Part shown: positions 51,150 to 60,377 of the stretch, piece after piece
Layout: each line of letters starts with the position of its first letter
Position numbering within the stretch: the first letter of the stretch is position 1
Assembly: GCA_016200205.1 (NCBI GenBank)
Contig: JACQFF010000167.1
Location: 2,791-66,790, forward strand
From: Planctomycetia bacterium
GTDB lineage: Bacteria > Planctomycetota > Planctomycetia > Pirellulales > PALSA-1355
Reading direction: 5' to 3'
Length of the DNA stretch: 64,000 nt
The notes under the pieces: model-generated
Database searches by the model: none
Told to the model about the DNA's origin: nothing
What the model saw: the letters and a program-made list of their open reading frames with translations, nothing else
Translations under genes and position numbers: made by a program

Positions 51150-51431
51150 TCCGGCGGCAGCCAGCATCTAGCCCATCGGGCCACGCGAACGAAGGCTGAA
51201 TCTCCGCACCCAGCTACCTCTACAGTCCTGCCGGAAGATTCTTTCCGTGTGGATTCCCGAAAAGTGGCCTAGAAACTTGTGCTGACAAACGCCTGCCAGG
51301 TCGGTAAGCTTCATTCCGTAATTAGTTGCTGTCAGTCGAAGTCGTCGAAGAACACATTACTTCGACAATCGTTGGGCTTTAGCCTGCGGGTATCAAGTGG
51401 GGCCTGAGCCAAGAAGCCAGGTATCCAAAGA

Positions 51432-51483
51432 GCCCGTCACTGGAGCGCGTTTTTACAAGCGCGCTTCGGCGACGGGCTTTTTT
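51432..51483 (+). terminator. strong terminator-like nested hairpin plus T6, 38 nt upstream of the next start codon
   Basis: gcccgtc..agcgcg-tttttacaa-gcgcgct..gacgggc followed by tttttt (51478-51483). Lies 280 nt after the acylase stop. Confidence 0.5.
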
Positions 51484-51521
51484 CATGCACTGAAATCTCA
51501 CCCCAAGAGGAGTTTGTCGAG

Positions 51522-52406
51522 ATGGAGCCGAAGCCACCACGCACGGCAAAAGAAGCCGCCTTGCAAGACGCGCAAGCTGACAAACTGCCGTTCAATCCCG
51601 AGGGCGACAAACGGCACGTCATCGCTTCGGCGATCCGCTTGGCCGGCGAAGCCACTGGGCAAAGCGAACAAGCGGCTGAAGCGGCTGATGAGATCCGACG
51701 CGGCGAGGCAACACCCGACACGGCTGGACATCAGGAAACGCTGGACAATCTCGACAAAGTCCCAGTCGATTCGGGCTCGCAGCGCGATTTGTCTTTGGCC
51801 GACATGATCCTCGTCGATCAAGCCGCGTCGCATGGGTTCCCAACGCCGCCGGCAATGCCCGCTGAGGAGGAGACGTCGCCCCCTTTGGGCTCTTCGTTCG
51901 ACGCATTGCAATCTCCAAGTTGGATGGCCGCTACCTTCAGCACACAAGTCGATACCTCTCCGCCGCAATCCTCGTTCCCGGCTCTTGCCCAATTCAACGA
52001 CGCAACCACGCCGCCGAACGTCAGCGATTTGGTTGGGCGATACGACACGACAGATCCCGGCTACATAACTCAGTTTCCTTACGACCCGGCCGACGAACCG
52101 CCTGGCCCGAAGATTCAATTGCTCTCCAGCGGGGCCTCTGCCGCCGGCGCATCGCGGACAGGTGAAAGCCGCGCCCCGATCACCTATCTGCCGTTTGGCG
52201 AATCCGCGGCTGCTTCGAATGCGATAAGCGGACCGGCAGAGAAACTGCGGGTCGAAGTCGAGTCGAGCATCGCCAACGCGCAAAAAAACTCGGTGCTCGC
52301 CTATTTGGCCATGGAACCGGCGATTCTCAAAGCGATTGATCGGGCCGGCGAGCAGGATCGGCGCGACGCCTTCCTGCGCGAAGCCAGCCGCCGCGCCTGT
52401 TTGTAG
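51522..52406 (+). CDS. acidic, low-complexity (predicted disordered) hypothetical protein
   Basis: ATG preceded by aagaggag. 294 aa rich in A/E/D/P/S/T with no signal peptide. The only helical-looking segment is the last ~60 aa. The opposite-strand ORF is an Arg-rich shadow. Confidence 0.55.
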   Translation: MEPKPPRTAKEAALQDAQADKLPFNPEGDKRHVIASAIRLAGEATGQSEQAAEAADEIRRGEATPDTAGHQETLDNLDKVPVDSGSQRDLSLADMILVDQAASHGFPTPPAMPAEEETSPPLGSSFDALQSPSWMAATFSTQVDTSPPQSSFPALAQFNDATTPPNVSDLVGRYDTTDPGYITQFPYDPADEPPGPKIQLLSSGASAAGASRTGESRAPITYLPFGESAAASNAISGPAEKLRVEVESSIANAQKNSVLAYLAMEPAILKAIDRAGEQDRRDAFLREASRRACL

Positions 52407-52447
52407 CCCGCTTTGGATTGCCAGAGTTTCCAAGAGGACTTCTTCTC

Positions 52448-53917
52448 ATGGTTTTCGCCGACCTCGAAGTCGAGCGGTTGGTTCACGAGTTTTGCCAAGG
52501 CTGGGCCGAAAAGATCGCCGAGCTCGAAGATCGGCAACTCGAAGCGATGAACGGATACCTGACCGATTTTTTGGAGGATCTGCTCAACTATCCGCTGGTG
52601 CGGCCATGGCGCGAATCGCTCGACCTTTTTCAGGAGCATTACTGGCAGCAGGCGGGCATGCGCCTGATGCCCGATTCTTACGACAAAGTCGCGGCGTTCA
52701 TCGAGCAGCGCATCAACGACCCGCGCTGCCACGCCCGCGGCCCCATCCAGCCCGACGCCACCGGCCTGCCCGGCCGCTCGGCACGCGATTTTGCGGAGAT
52801 GGCGAAAGCCGTCAATGTGACAGCGATGCTGGTAAAGGCCAAGGAAGCAAGCGCGAAAGAGCAAAAGCAATTCCGCGATTTCGCGCGACACGTCACTTCC
52901 ATGGAGCAACGACGTATCGGGCTGAGCGACAACGAGCGGGCCAGCTTCGAGGACTACATCTATGAAAATTTCCGCCGCCAAACGACGGGCGAGCCGCCGC
53001 TTGCGCACCCCGACTTCTGGCACGCCAAGAACGACGCCTTGAACAAGAAGAACGGCTCGGGCCGGACACGAGCATCCGTCGCAGCCCCCGCCGCGCGAAA
53101 TCCGCAACCCAGTCCCGAATTGGATGCGGTCAGCGAAGTGCACTATAATCGGGATCATCGGACCGATGCCGACAGCTCGATGGTGGCGGAGTCAACCCCC
53201 GCCGCGGCACGAAAAACGCCATCGACTCCTGCGGAATCGAAGCCGGCGGGCGGCCCCAAATGGCTCGAGCTTCGCGTGGATGCGGTGCTCTTTCCATTCG
53301 GCAGCTACAATACCGACAGTTTTTTTGCGGATATTGCGAAGGCAAACAAGATTTTCGAGGGCTGTCGGATTAAAGTAAGACTTGCGTCAACGAGAATCTT
53401 AAATCAGAACGATACGAGGCAGGCAGGCACGATTTATCAGCCCCAGAAGGGCCAACTGCCGCGAGCGATCCTTGATCCCGATAAATTGGCAGCCGTCGCG
53501 GGCCCCAAAACAACAGGCAACGCAACCGTTTACTATGTTCCCGAAATAAGAGGTGGGGCCGCCGGTCAAAGAATCAGCGGCGATTCCGCTGTTGTAGCAT
53601 CTGTCGGCGCCTCGGGCAAAGTGCGACAATCGCGGGTTTTGGCGCATGAGTTGGCCCATGTCATGAATCTGTTCCACGAACGTGGCGACATCCACAACTT
53701 AATGATCGACGTAACTGAAGGCCAGCTGAAAGCCCTCGGCCTTGACGTTGCGTGGGAGCAATTTAAGACGCATTACAAGGGTCCCACGGCGACAGCCATT
53801 GATTTGCAAAAGCGTTTTTACGCGTTCGTTTATGACATTACTGCAGCGTCGACAACGGTCCGCCCTGACCAGTGCAAAGACATGCGGAGGAGTCCGTTGC
53901 TTCACGGAATTGAATGA
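52448..53917 (+). CDS. hypothetical protein with C-terminal metzincin-like zinc metallopeptidase domain
   Basis: Helical N-domain (~200 aa) and an S/P/A-rich linker. The C-domain starts WLELRVDAVLF and contains HELAHVMNLFH (53645-53677), then ..IHNLM. No signal peptide. Start is ATG 52448 or TTG 52418. Confidence 0.65.
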   Translation: MVFADLEVERLVHEFCQGWAEKIAELEDRQLEAMNGYLTDFLEDLLNYPLVRPWRESLDLFQEHYWQQAGMRLMPDSYDKVAAFIEQRINDPRCHARGPIQPDATGLPGRSARDFAEMAKAVNVTAMLVKAKEASAKEQKQFRDFARHVTSMEQRRIGLSDNERASFEDYIYENFRRQTTGEPPLAHPDFWHAKNDALNKKNGSGRTRASVAAPAARNPQPSPELDAVSEVHYNRDHRTDADSSMVAESTPAAARKTPSTPAESKPAGGPKWLELRVDAVLFPFGSYNTDSFFADIAKANKIFEGCRIKVRLASTRILNQNDTRQAGTIYQPQKGQLPRAILDPDKLAAVAGPKTTGNATVYYVPEIRGGAAGQRISGDSAVVASVGASGKVRQSRVLAHELAHVMNLFHERGDIHNLMIDVTEGQLKALGLDVAWEQFKTHYKGPTATAIDLQKRFYAFVYDITAASTTVRPDQCKDMRRSPLLHGIE

Positions 53918-54711
53918 CACTCAATCTGTCACCGCGAGTTCGAGCGACCCGCCGGCTCAGTATGATGTCTAACATATCTAACCGAGGCCAGATGAACAAT
54001 TGTTGTGGCATGGGCGGCCTTTCAACGCGTCACAGAGGTGGCTTCGTCACCCTGCTGATTGTGTTGCCGTTGTTGTGTCGTTCCACGGAGTGCAATCATA
54101 CTTCACGCCTTGAGGCAGCGGAGCCGCCAAAGACGCGAGCAGTTATTCGGGGGCATATTATCGAGGTGATTCCCTTCGGCGCGATACTCCAGATTCCCCA
54201 AGACTGGCTCGACTGGCAAGCCGAGTTTCATAACAACATCCATCTCACGGCACCGGAACTGGCGAAGGTTCAGACCGCTGACACCGAATGGGACAAGGAG
54301 TATTCCCAGATCGTCAACGCGGTATTGCCCTTCAGGTCATGCATCATTCATGGAGGGGACGAGGGTTGGGGCCGCGACGCGGTTTCGTACGGCGACGTGC
54401 AGATGAGGGCTTACATTCTGGAGTGCGGGCCGCAGCAAATCGCACAGCGAATGGCCGACGAAGGACGGTGTCAAGCACTCCGATTCTCCAAAAAAGTATC
54501 CGTCGCCCGTTCGGGATTTGAAAACTGGCAAAGAGTAACCGTAAGCTACGACCTTTGGTACGGCGACTACGGTGGAACCGCCAATGTCGATTTATTCGCA
54601 CGCCAGTTTGGAAAGCAGACTGCGGCTCTCGTTTTTATGTACAGCGATTCCGCCCGCGACGCGCCCGGCGAATTGTCGCAGATTCTAAAATCGTTCAAAT
54701 GGACGCCATGA
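53914..54711 (+). CDS. membrane-anchored hypothetical protein, translationally coupled to the metallopeptidase-like gene
   Basis: The ATG overlaps the upstream TGA (ATGA at 53914-53917). One hydrophobic anchor (GGFVTLLIVLPLLC) and a ~200-aa W/Y/Cys-containing domain with no known motif. Alternative ATGs at 53962 and 53992. Confidence 0.55.
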   Translation: MTLNLSPRVRATRRLSMMSNISNRGQMNNCCGMGGLSTRHRGGFVTLLIVLPLLCRSTECNHTSRLEAAEPPKTRAVIRGHIIEVIPFGAILQIPQDWLDWQAEFHNNIHLTAPELAKVQTADTEWDKEYSQIVNAVLPFRSCIIHGGDEGWGRDAVSYGDVQMRAYILECGPQQIAQRMADEGRCQALRFSKKVSVARSGFENWQRVTVSYDLWYGDYGGTANVDLFARQFGKQTAALVFMYSDSARDAPGELSQILKSFKWTP

Positions 54712-54786
54712 CAAACGCGCGTCGAGCTCGCATTCTTTGAGGGCCGGTGTCGAGCGGCAGACGCTGGCTGGACACCCGGCCCGCCG

Positions 54787-54954
54787 AACGTCTCGGCGGC
54801 GACGGCGGAGCAGCGAAACCAATTGCGCCAGTTCGCGCGACACACCGCCAAATTGGAACAACAGCGCATCGGGAGCAGCGACGCGGAATTGCCGCGCTAC
54901 GAGTATTTTCTTTACGACAACCTGCTCCATCGAACCATGCCGGGCGGAAGCGTC
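54787..54954 (+). pseudogene. decayed fragment paralogous to the central region of the 52448-53917 protein
   Basis: The open frame after the stop at 54739 reads NVSAATAEQRNQLRQFARHTAKLEQQRIGSSDAELPRYEYFLYDNLL. Compare NVTAM..KEQKQFRDFARHVTSMEQRRIGLSDNERASFEDYIYENF at ~52810-52975. It is cut off by the convergent gene ending at 54955. Confidence 0.4.
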
Positions 54955-56094
54955 TCAACGCACCTTCTGCATTTGCCGCAGAAAATCGGCATCCAACTGG
55001 CCCAGATTGTCGCCAAACGCCGCCTGGAACTCCTTCAGCCGCGATTGGGGATCGTCCCACAGCATCTGCTGTTTCTCGGAGAGCATCTGCAGGTAGGCCA
55101 GGTATTGTTTGGGATGATGGCGGATCAAATAGTAGTTGAGGGCCCAGGCTTCCGCATAGGCATCCAAGGCGACGTGCGAATCGCGCATGCGCTTATCGTC
55201 GGAAATCAGTGTCTTGAGGGAAGTCGCCGGTCGCTGAGGAAGGTACTGGCGAAATCGATCCAGCCGGCTGGTATTCACCGCGCCGATGTTGCGCCAACCT
55301 TTCGCGCTCTGGAGGTCGGGAGTTTCGAAGTAAACGGCAATTCCCTCACTCACCCATAGTGGAATATCGGCGAATCGCGGCTGCAATCCGCTATTGAAAG
55401 CGATCTGGTGCGTAGCCTCATGGATGATCGTGGCAACGACTTGTTCCGCCGCGGGCTGAGCCAGCATTTGATTGATCTGCGCCGCAGAGCTACGGCGATC
55501 ACCGGCGGCGCGCAAGGATTCGATTCCAGTCAAGTCGTACATCGTCACGCGGTTACTGCGCAAACTGTAGTAGCCGACGATTGAAGGTGCCCTTGGCCCG
55601 AGTTCGGCCTGCGCGAACTTGGCGTACGATTCTCGCGTATTGAAAATGATCGCGACCAGCGGAAATTCCGGATCGTGCAACTTGATTCCCTTACGCACCC
55701 AGAAATTCGTAAACGCCTTGTACAAGCGTTCGAACAGCGCCCCGCACCAAGCGGCATACTCGCGCGACGTGTTGTGACAGATCAAGTAATGGTGCGTCGT
55801 GTAAACCTCAAAACCCGCCGGCAATTCGGACAGCATTTGTTTGGCCAGTTCGTCGCGCGAAAGCGGATGAAACGGCTGTTGATCCTCTTTGCGGTCGACC
55901 AATTCCTCGGGCTCGATCGTCCACAGCGTGCCGTCGACCGTCATCAACAACAAACCGCCGTCTTCGGCGGTGACCGCGACTTTGCCCGAGACGGTCTGCT
56001 GTTGATCGCCGCGCCGCAGAGTTACATGCTCCAAAGCGTAGAGCGAACCGGGCGTCAACAGTGCGATCAATAAAGCACAACCCATTAGTCGCAT
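54955..56094 (-). CDS. DUF1570-type secreted putative metallopeptidase
   Basis: Signal peptide from MRLMGCALLIALL, then IIHEATHQIAFNSG ... WVSEGIAVYFE (HExxH plus E), the pattern of the DUF1570 family. Confidence 0.75.
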   Translation of the reverse strand: MRLMGCALLIALLTPGSLYALEHVTLRRGDQQQTVSGKVAVTAEDGGLLLMTVDGTLWTIEPEELVDRKEDQQPFHPLSRDELAKQMLSELPAGFEVYTTHHYLICHNTSREYAAWCGALFERLYKAFTNFWVRKGIKLHDPEFPLVAIIFNTRESYAKFAQAELGPRAPSIVGYYSLRSNRVTMYDLTGIESLRAAGDRRSSAAQINQMLAQPAAEQVVATIIHEATHQIAFNSGLQPRFADIPLWVSEGIAVYFETPDLQSAKGWRNIGAVNTSRLDRFRQYLPQRPATSLKTLISDDKRMRDSHVALDAYAEAWALNYYLIRHHPKQYLAYLQMLSEKQQMLWDDPQSRLKEFQAAFGDNLGQLDADFLRQMQKVR

Positions 56095-56200
56095 AGAGCT
56101 CGATTGCAAGAAGTGACACCGGCGGGACGACGGCCCATGATGCAATCATACCACGGCCCGCCGTTTGGCGGCCATTGCAACTCGGAGCGCCATCGGAGCG

Positions 56201-57778
56201 TTAGCGGCGGCGACTGGCCAGCCGCGTCACTGCCGCCATAACAAGCGCAATCCCGAAGAACCCGGCCGTGATGGCGAGCGACACTCCGGCCACCTGATCG
56301 TCAACGCCGTAGTGGATCAGCCCGAAGATCCGCACCGGGAGAATTGTCACGCCGGGCGGAACCACCAAAATGCTAGCCGATAGTTCTCCCCAAGCCATGG
56401 CCAGCGCAATCAGCCAGGCCGCGGCCACCGCCGACCAGCGCTGGGGTAATGCGATGCGAAAAAACCTGCGCAACGCTCCGGTACCTTCCAGGGTCGCGCT
56501 GTGAAGTAAATCGGTCGCAACGGTGCGCAGCGCATACCACAACACGAGCGTGCACAGCGGCAACGCGTGCAGGGTCTGCGCAATCCAGACCGCCGCGATC
56601 GAATGATCGTAAAGTCGCAACAGCCACGGCCAGTCCGGCACGTTGAAGCAGGCGACGAGCCCCAGCCCGATCAGGGGTCCCGGCAATGCCAACAAAAAAC
56701 CAATCGTTAACCACGCCGGCGCGGCGCGGTAGCCGCCTCGCCGCGCGCTCCACGCGAGCGGCAAACCGATGATTACCGCAGCCGTGGCGGCCAGACTCGC
56801 AATGGCCAAGGACCAGCCAAATTCATGAGAAAACCGGACGGGACTGCCAAACACCATCTGGAAACACCGATCGAGCGACCAACTGCGTACAAACCCATGC
56901 GCCTCGCGGGTCACGGTTGTGCCGGCCTTCCACATGAGGCTGCCGATCGGAATGCCTAGCAGCAGCCCGACGACGCCCAGCATGATCAAGCTGGCAAGCG
57001 CTCGCCACCGGCCGAGCCGAAAGACCGGGCTTTGCCGTTGCGACGTGAAGCGGTCCGGGGGAATCAATCGGTTGGAAAGGATCAGCCCAGCCACAACGAT
57101 CCACAGTGTCGCAATCGCGCTTGGAACGATCTTCCACGGGGCGGCACCGTCGCCCAACGCGAATTCGGTATAGACTTGCTCGGAAAAGGTGCGTATTCGA
57201 AACAGATCGGCGATGGTCATTTCGCCGGCGGTTGCGATGGCCACCCACAAGAACGCCGCGGCCAGGGCATTGGCAGCGCGGCGAATCGTTACCCGTCGGA
57301 ACACCTGGCCCGGTGTTCCGTCAAGCAGCGCCTCTTCCTCCAATTCCGGCTCGGCCAATCTCAACCCAATGCCCACGATCGCGACGACCCAAGGAATCGC
57401 CGCCAGAACATGAATGGCAATCGCTCCGCGCCAACCCTCCAACAGCGCCGGGCCGCCGGCGGCCGATGCGTACCAGCCTGTCACGCCAAAGCCCGCTTGC
57501 CAGGCCGCGGCTTGTACATAGAGCGGCATAAACAACAAAGCCAAGAGCAACACGCCAGCCATTTTCCGTCCGACCACATCGGTCCGGACCAACAGAAAAG
57601 CCAGGGGCGCCGCCAACAACACGCTAGCACTGGCCACAGCGCATGAGAGCAGAATCGTGTTGCTGGCCAGAACGCGGCTACGCGGGTCGGCCGCCAGAAG
57701 CGCAACAGTGGCCACCAGGGCCGCAAACGAGGCCCACGCGACGAACCCGCGCCACTTCCGCCAAACACGATGCATCAA
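56201..57778 (-). CDS. two-domain ABC transporter permease (iron(III)/thiamine-type, 12 TM)
   Basis: 525 aa with duplicated 6-TM permease modules, each carrying an EAA-like loop (EEEALLDG.. and LHSATLEGTGALRRFFRIALP). Confidence 0.8.
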   Translation of the reverse strand: MMHRVWRKWRGFVAWASFAALVATVALLAADPRSRVLASNTILLSCAVASASVLLAAPLAFLLVRTDVVGRKMAGVLLLALLFMPLYVQAAAWQAGFGVTGWYASAAGGPALLEGWRGAIAIHVLAAIPWVVAIVGIGLRLAEPELEEEALLDGTPGQVFRRVTIRRAANALAAAFLWVAIATAGEMTIADLFRIRTFSEQVYTEFALGDGAAPWKIVPSAIATLWIVVAGLILSNRLIPPDRFTSQRQSPVFRLGRWRALASLIMLGVVGLLLGIPIGSLMWKAGTTVTREAHGFVRSWSLDRCFQMVFGSPVRFSHEFGWSLAIASLAATAAVIIGLPLAWSARRGGYRAAPAWLTIGFLLALPGPLIGLGLVACFNVPDWPWLLRLYDHSIAAVWIAQTLHALPLCTLVLWYALRTVATDLLHSATLEGTGALRRFFRIALPQRWSAVAAAWLIALAMAWGELSASILVVPPGVTILPVRIFGLIHYGVDDQVAGVSLAITAGFFGIALVMAAVTRLASRRR

Positions 57779-57993
57779 GTTACAGTATGCCGGCAGTTTG
57801 CCCTAACACAAAGCCTCAGCGGCCAGAATAATGACCCCTTGGGGCAAGCGCAACGGGTCGACTCATTTTCTCTAAATTCCGCCGGATCACGCTAGATTTC
57901 CAGCGACTCGTCTAGAATTCGGTCCGCGGATTTGCTACAAGCTCAACCTGCCTATCACGTCCTTTTCGCGATCCTCTTCTATTCCGAGCGCGC

Positions 57994-58692
57994 ATGCACG
58001 GCCCGGTCCACAAGTTGGCGGCGCTGGCGGTTTGTTCCGGCCTTGGCCTGCTATCGGGCTGCGCCGCGACTGCCGACGGAGTATCGGGACTCTTGTACAA
58101 GAAAAAGACGACTGAAGAAGTGTTGAATATCAAGACGCCCGATGATCGGATGAAGGAATTGCAGGTGCTGGCGAAAACCGCGAAGAAGAAGACACCCGAC
58201 GAGCAACAACAGATTACCAGCGAGTTATCGAAAGAAATTCAGCGTGAAAACGATCCGCTGATGCGGCGGCAGATTCTGCGCACGTTGACGGCATTCCCCA
58301 ATCCGTTGGTGTCCGCAGTCCTCGTGGCAGCGATGGGGGACAGCGATACGGAAGTTCGCATCGTGGCGTGCCGCGCTTTAGGCAAGAGAGGCGGCAAAGA
58401 GGCCGTCGGAGAGCTGACGCGCGTCATATCGAGCGACACGAACCTCGATGTGCGCATTGCGGCCGTGCGCGCGCTAGGTGAAACTCGCGATGCGACTGCC
58501 CTGCCCCCGCTGGCCGAAGCACTGGTCGACCCCGATCCGGCGATGCAATTCCGCGCGACCGCCGCCTTGCGGCATGTCAGCGGCCGGGATTTTGGAAACG
58601 ATGTCCAAGCCTGGCGTGAATACGCTCAAACGGGCAAGTCGAGCACCCCCGAGGTCAGCCTCGCACAGCGCATGCGCAGAGCGTTTTTCTAG
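57994..58692 (+). CDS. HEAT-repeat lipoprotein
   Basis: Lipobox GLLSGC and at least three HEAT/PBS-like repeats (D.D..VR..A..ALG). Confidence 0.75.
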   Translation: MHGPVHKLAALAVCSGLGLLSGCAATADGVSGLLYKKKTTEEVLNIKTPDDRMKELQVLAKTAKKKTPDEQQQITSELSKEIQRENDPLMRRQILRTLTAFPNPLVSAVLVAAMGDSDTEVRIVACRALGKRGGKEAVGELTRVISSDTNLDVRIAAVRALGETRDATALPPLAEALVDPDPAMQFRATAALRHVSGRDFGNDVQAWREYAQTGKSSTPEVSLAQRMRRAFF

Positions 58693-58964
58693 CGAAGAAT
58701 TAGATCGCTCGTTACAGGCCGCACGGCCTTCGCCGTCAGGCGCCATGCATCTGAATTCTTCCATACCATTGGCCGTTTGAGCGCAAATTCTGAAGGCCAA
58801 ATCAGTCCAAAGCCGTGATTGAGAACCGGCGTTCGATCCGATATCAATACTCCGTCGGGTCCCCCTGGATCGTGGCCGAATGCCCCGACTTTGATCGCGC
58901 CAAACTCTTAATCAATACAATTAGTCCCGTTCACACGGTAGCGCACGTCGTCGATTGAGGACCT

Positions 58965-60377
58965 TTGATGAGGCGTTCTATGCTACGAATCCCTTGGTTT
59001 TCACGGGCGGTTTTTCTCTCTTGCTCCGCGTTCGCTTCTGGACTGGCATGTTTGTTGCATGCGACCGATTTACAACTCATAGGCCCGCAACCCCAGCAGA
59101 CTGAATCGATTTCGGCAAGCGATTCGTCCCCAGCCCGAGCCGTTCCCGGGGTGCAGTTTGCGACATCTGCCGGCGCCGCCCCAGAGATTGCGCGGCGACC
59201 GTTGAAATTCGACTCGCAGACGGCCGACGATTCCCAGGCCCCACTCTCGAGCGGCGACTCAGGACCGGAATCGCCAGACGCTTCGACGGTCATCACTCCG
59301 GCGGCCCCCGCCACGAGTTTCTCGGGCGTCGAACTGTCTAGTGAATTGCAGGCGCTGCGCGAAAAAGTGCGACAGGTGTTGACGCTGTATTATCCGCGAC
59401 ACCAAAACACGCGCGACAATTCGCCTTGGGAAGTGATTCACGCCATTATCGCCTACGGCGTCGATACGCAGTTGTTCAAAGGCGGCCCAGGAGGAGAGAA
59501 AGTCAACGCCGTGGGCTGGATGTGCTACAACCATCCGTGCGCCGGCGATCAGATCTTATTCGTCAATCACGGCAAGATCGACGCGCGGCGAGGTCCGGGC
59601 GTACAGGGCCACTTCGGCCAATTCCTGGCGATCTTGGCCCAGTCGCATGTCAAAATCGACTACCCCATGCAAGTCAACGGCAAGAAATTTACTTTGGCCG
59701 ATCTCGTCGAACACGAAAAGGAAAACTGCGTCCCCGGCGAGGAATTGACGTTCAAACTAATCGCCTTGATGCATTACCTCGACTCCGACGCCACTTGGAC
59801 AACACGTGACGGTCAGGAATGGTCGCTGCAACGGCTGGTTCGCGAAGAGCTTAAACAGCCGATTCGTGGAGCGGCCTGCGGCGGAACGCATCGCTTGATG
59901 GGGTTCAGCTATGCCGTCAACAAACGAACCCAACGCGGTAAACCGATCATCGGCGAGTTCCAGCGGGCTCAAGCCTTTCTGCAGGACTACCACGGTTACA
60001 CGTTTAGCTTGCAGAACCCCGACGGTAGTTTCAGCACCGAATGGTTTACTCGGCGCGGCGATAGCCCTGATATCGATCGGCGCCTGAAGACCAGCGGCCA
60101 CATTCTGGAATGGATCTCCTTTTCGCTATCGGACCAAGAACTGCGTGATCCGAGAATGCTCAAGGCGGTGGATTACGTGGCCACCCTCTTGCTGAAAAAC
60201 AGTAAGCACATCTGGGAAATCGGTCCGCTCGGGCACGGATTGCACGCCCTGTCGATTTACGACACCCGCGTCTTTAAGGGTGCCGAGGTGCAGCCGCCGC
60301 AAAATGTTGTCGATCGGCCGCAAGATACCTCCGTCCCTCCATTCGAAGCCCGGCAGGTCGGCGGCAGCAGCGAGTAG
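58965..60377 (+). CDS. secreted protein, paralog of 2810-3946
   Basis: Signal peptide and a S/A/D/P-rich low-complexity N-region, then WEVIHAI, ACGGTHR, QNPDGSFST and TSGHILEW blocks collinear with the 378-aa lipoprotein. Confidence 0.75.
   Translation: MMRRSMLRIPWFSRAVFLSCSAFASGLACLLHATDLQLIGPQPQQTESISASDSSPARAVPGVQFATSAGAAPEIARRPLKFDSQTADDSQAPLSSGDSGPESPDASTVITPAAPATSFSGVELSSELQALREKVRQVLTLYYPRHQNTRDNSPWEVIHAIIAYGVDTQLFKGGPGGEKVNAVGWMCYNHPCAGDQILFVNHGKIDARRGPGVQGHFGQFLAILAQSHVKIDYPMQVNGKKFTLADLVEHEKENCVPGEELTFKLIALMHYLDSDATWTTRDGQEWSLQRLVREELKQPIRGAACGGTHRLMGFSYAVNKRTQRGKPIIGEFQRAQAFLQDYHGYTFSLQNPDGSFSTEWFTRRGDSPDIDRRLKTSGHILEWISFSLSDQELRDPRMLKAVDYVATLLLKNSKHIWEIGPLGHGLHALSIYDTRVFKGAEVQPPQNVVDRPQDTSVPPFEARQVGGSSE

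Noticed and set aside
54823-55359. 178-aa track ORF starting MRQFARHTAKLEQQRIG
   Set aside because: Only the first ~45 codons are meaningful, as the paralog fragment reported above. From 54955 onward the frame is antisense to the well-supported DUF1570 gene.
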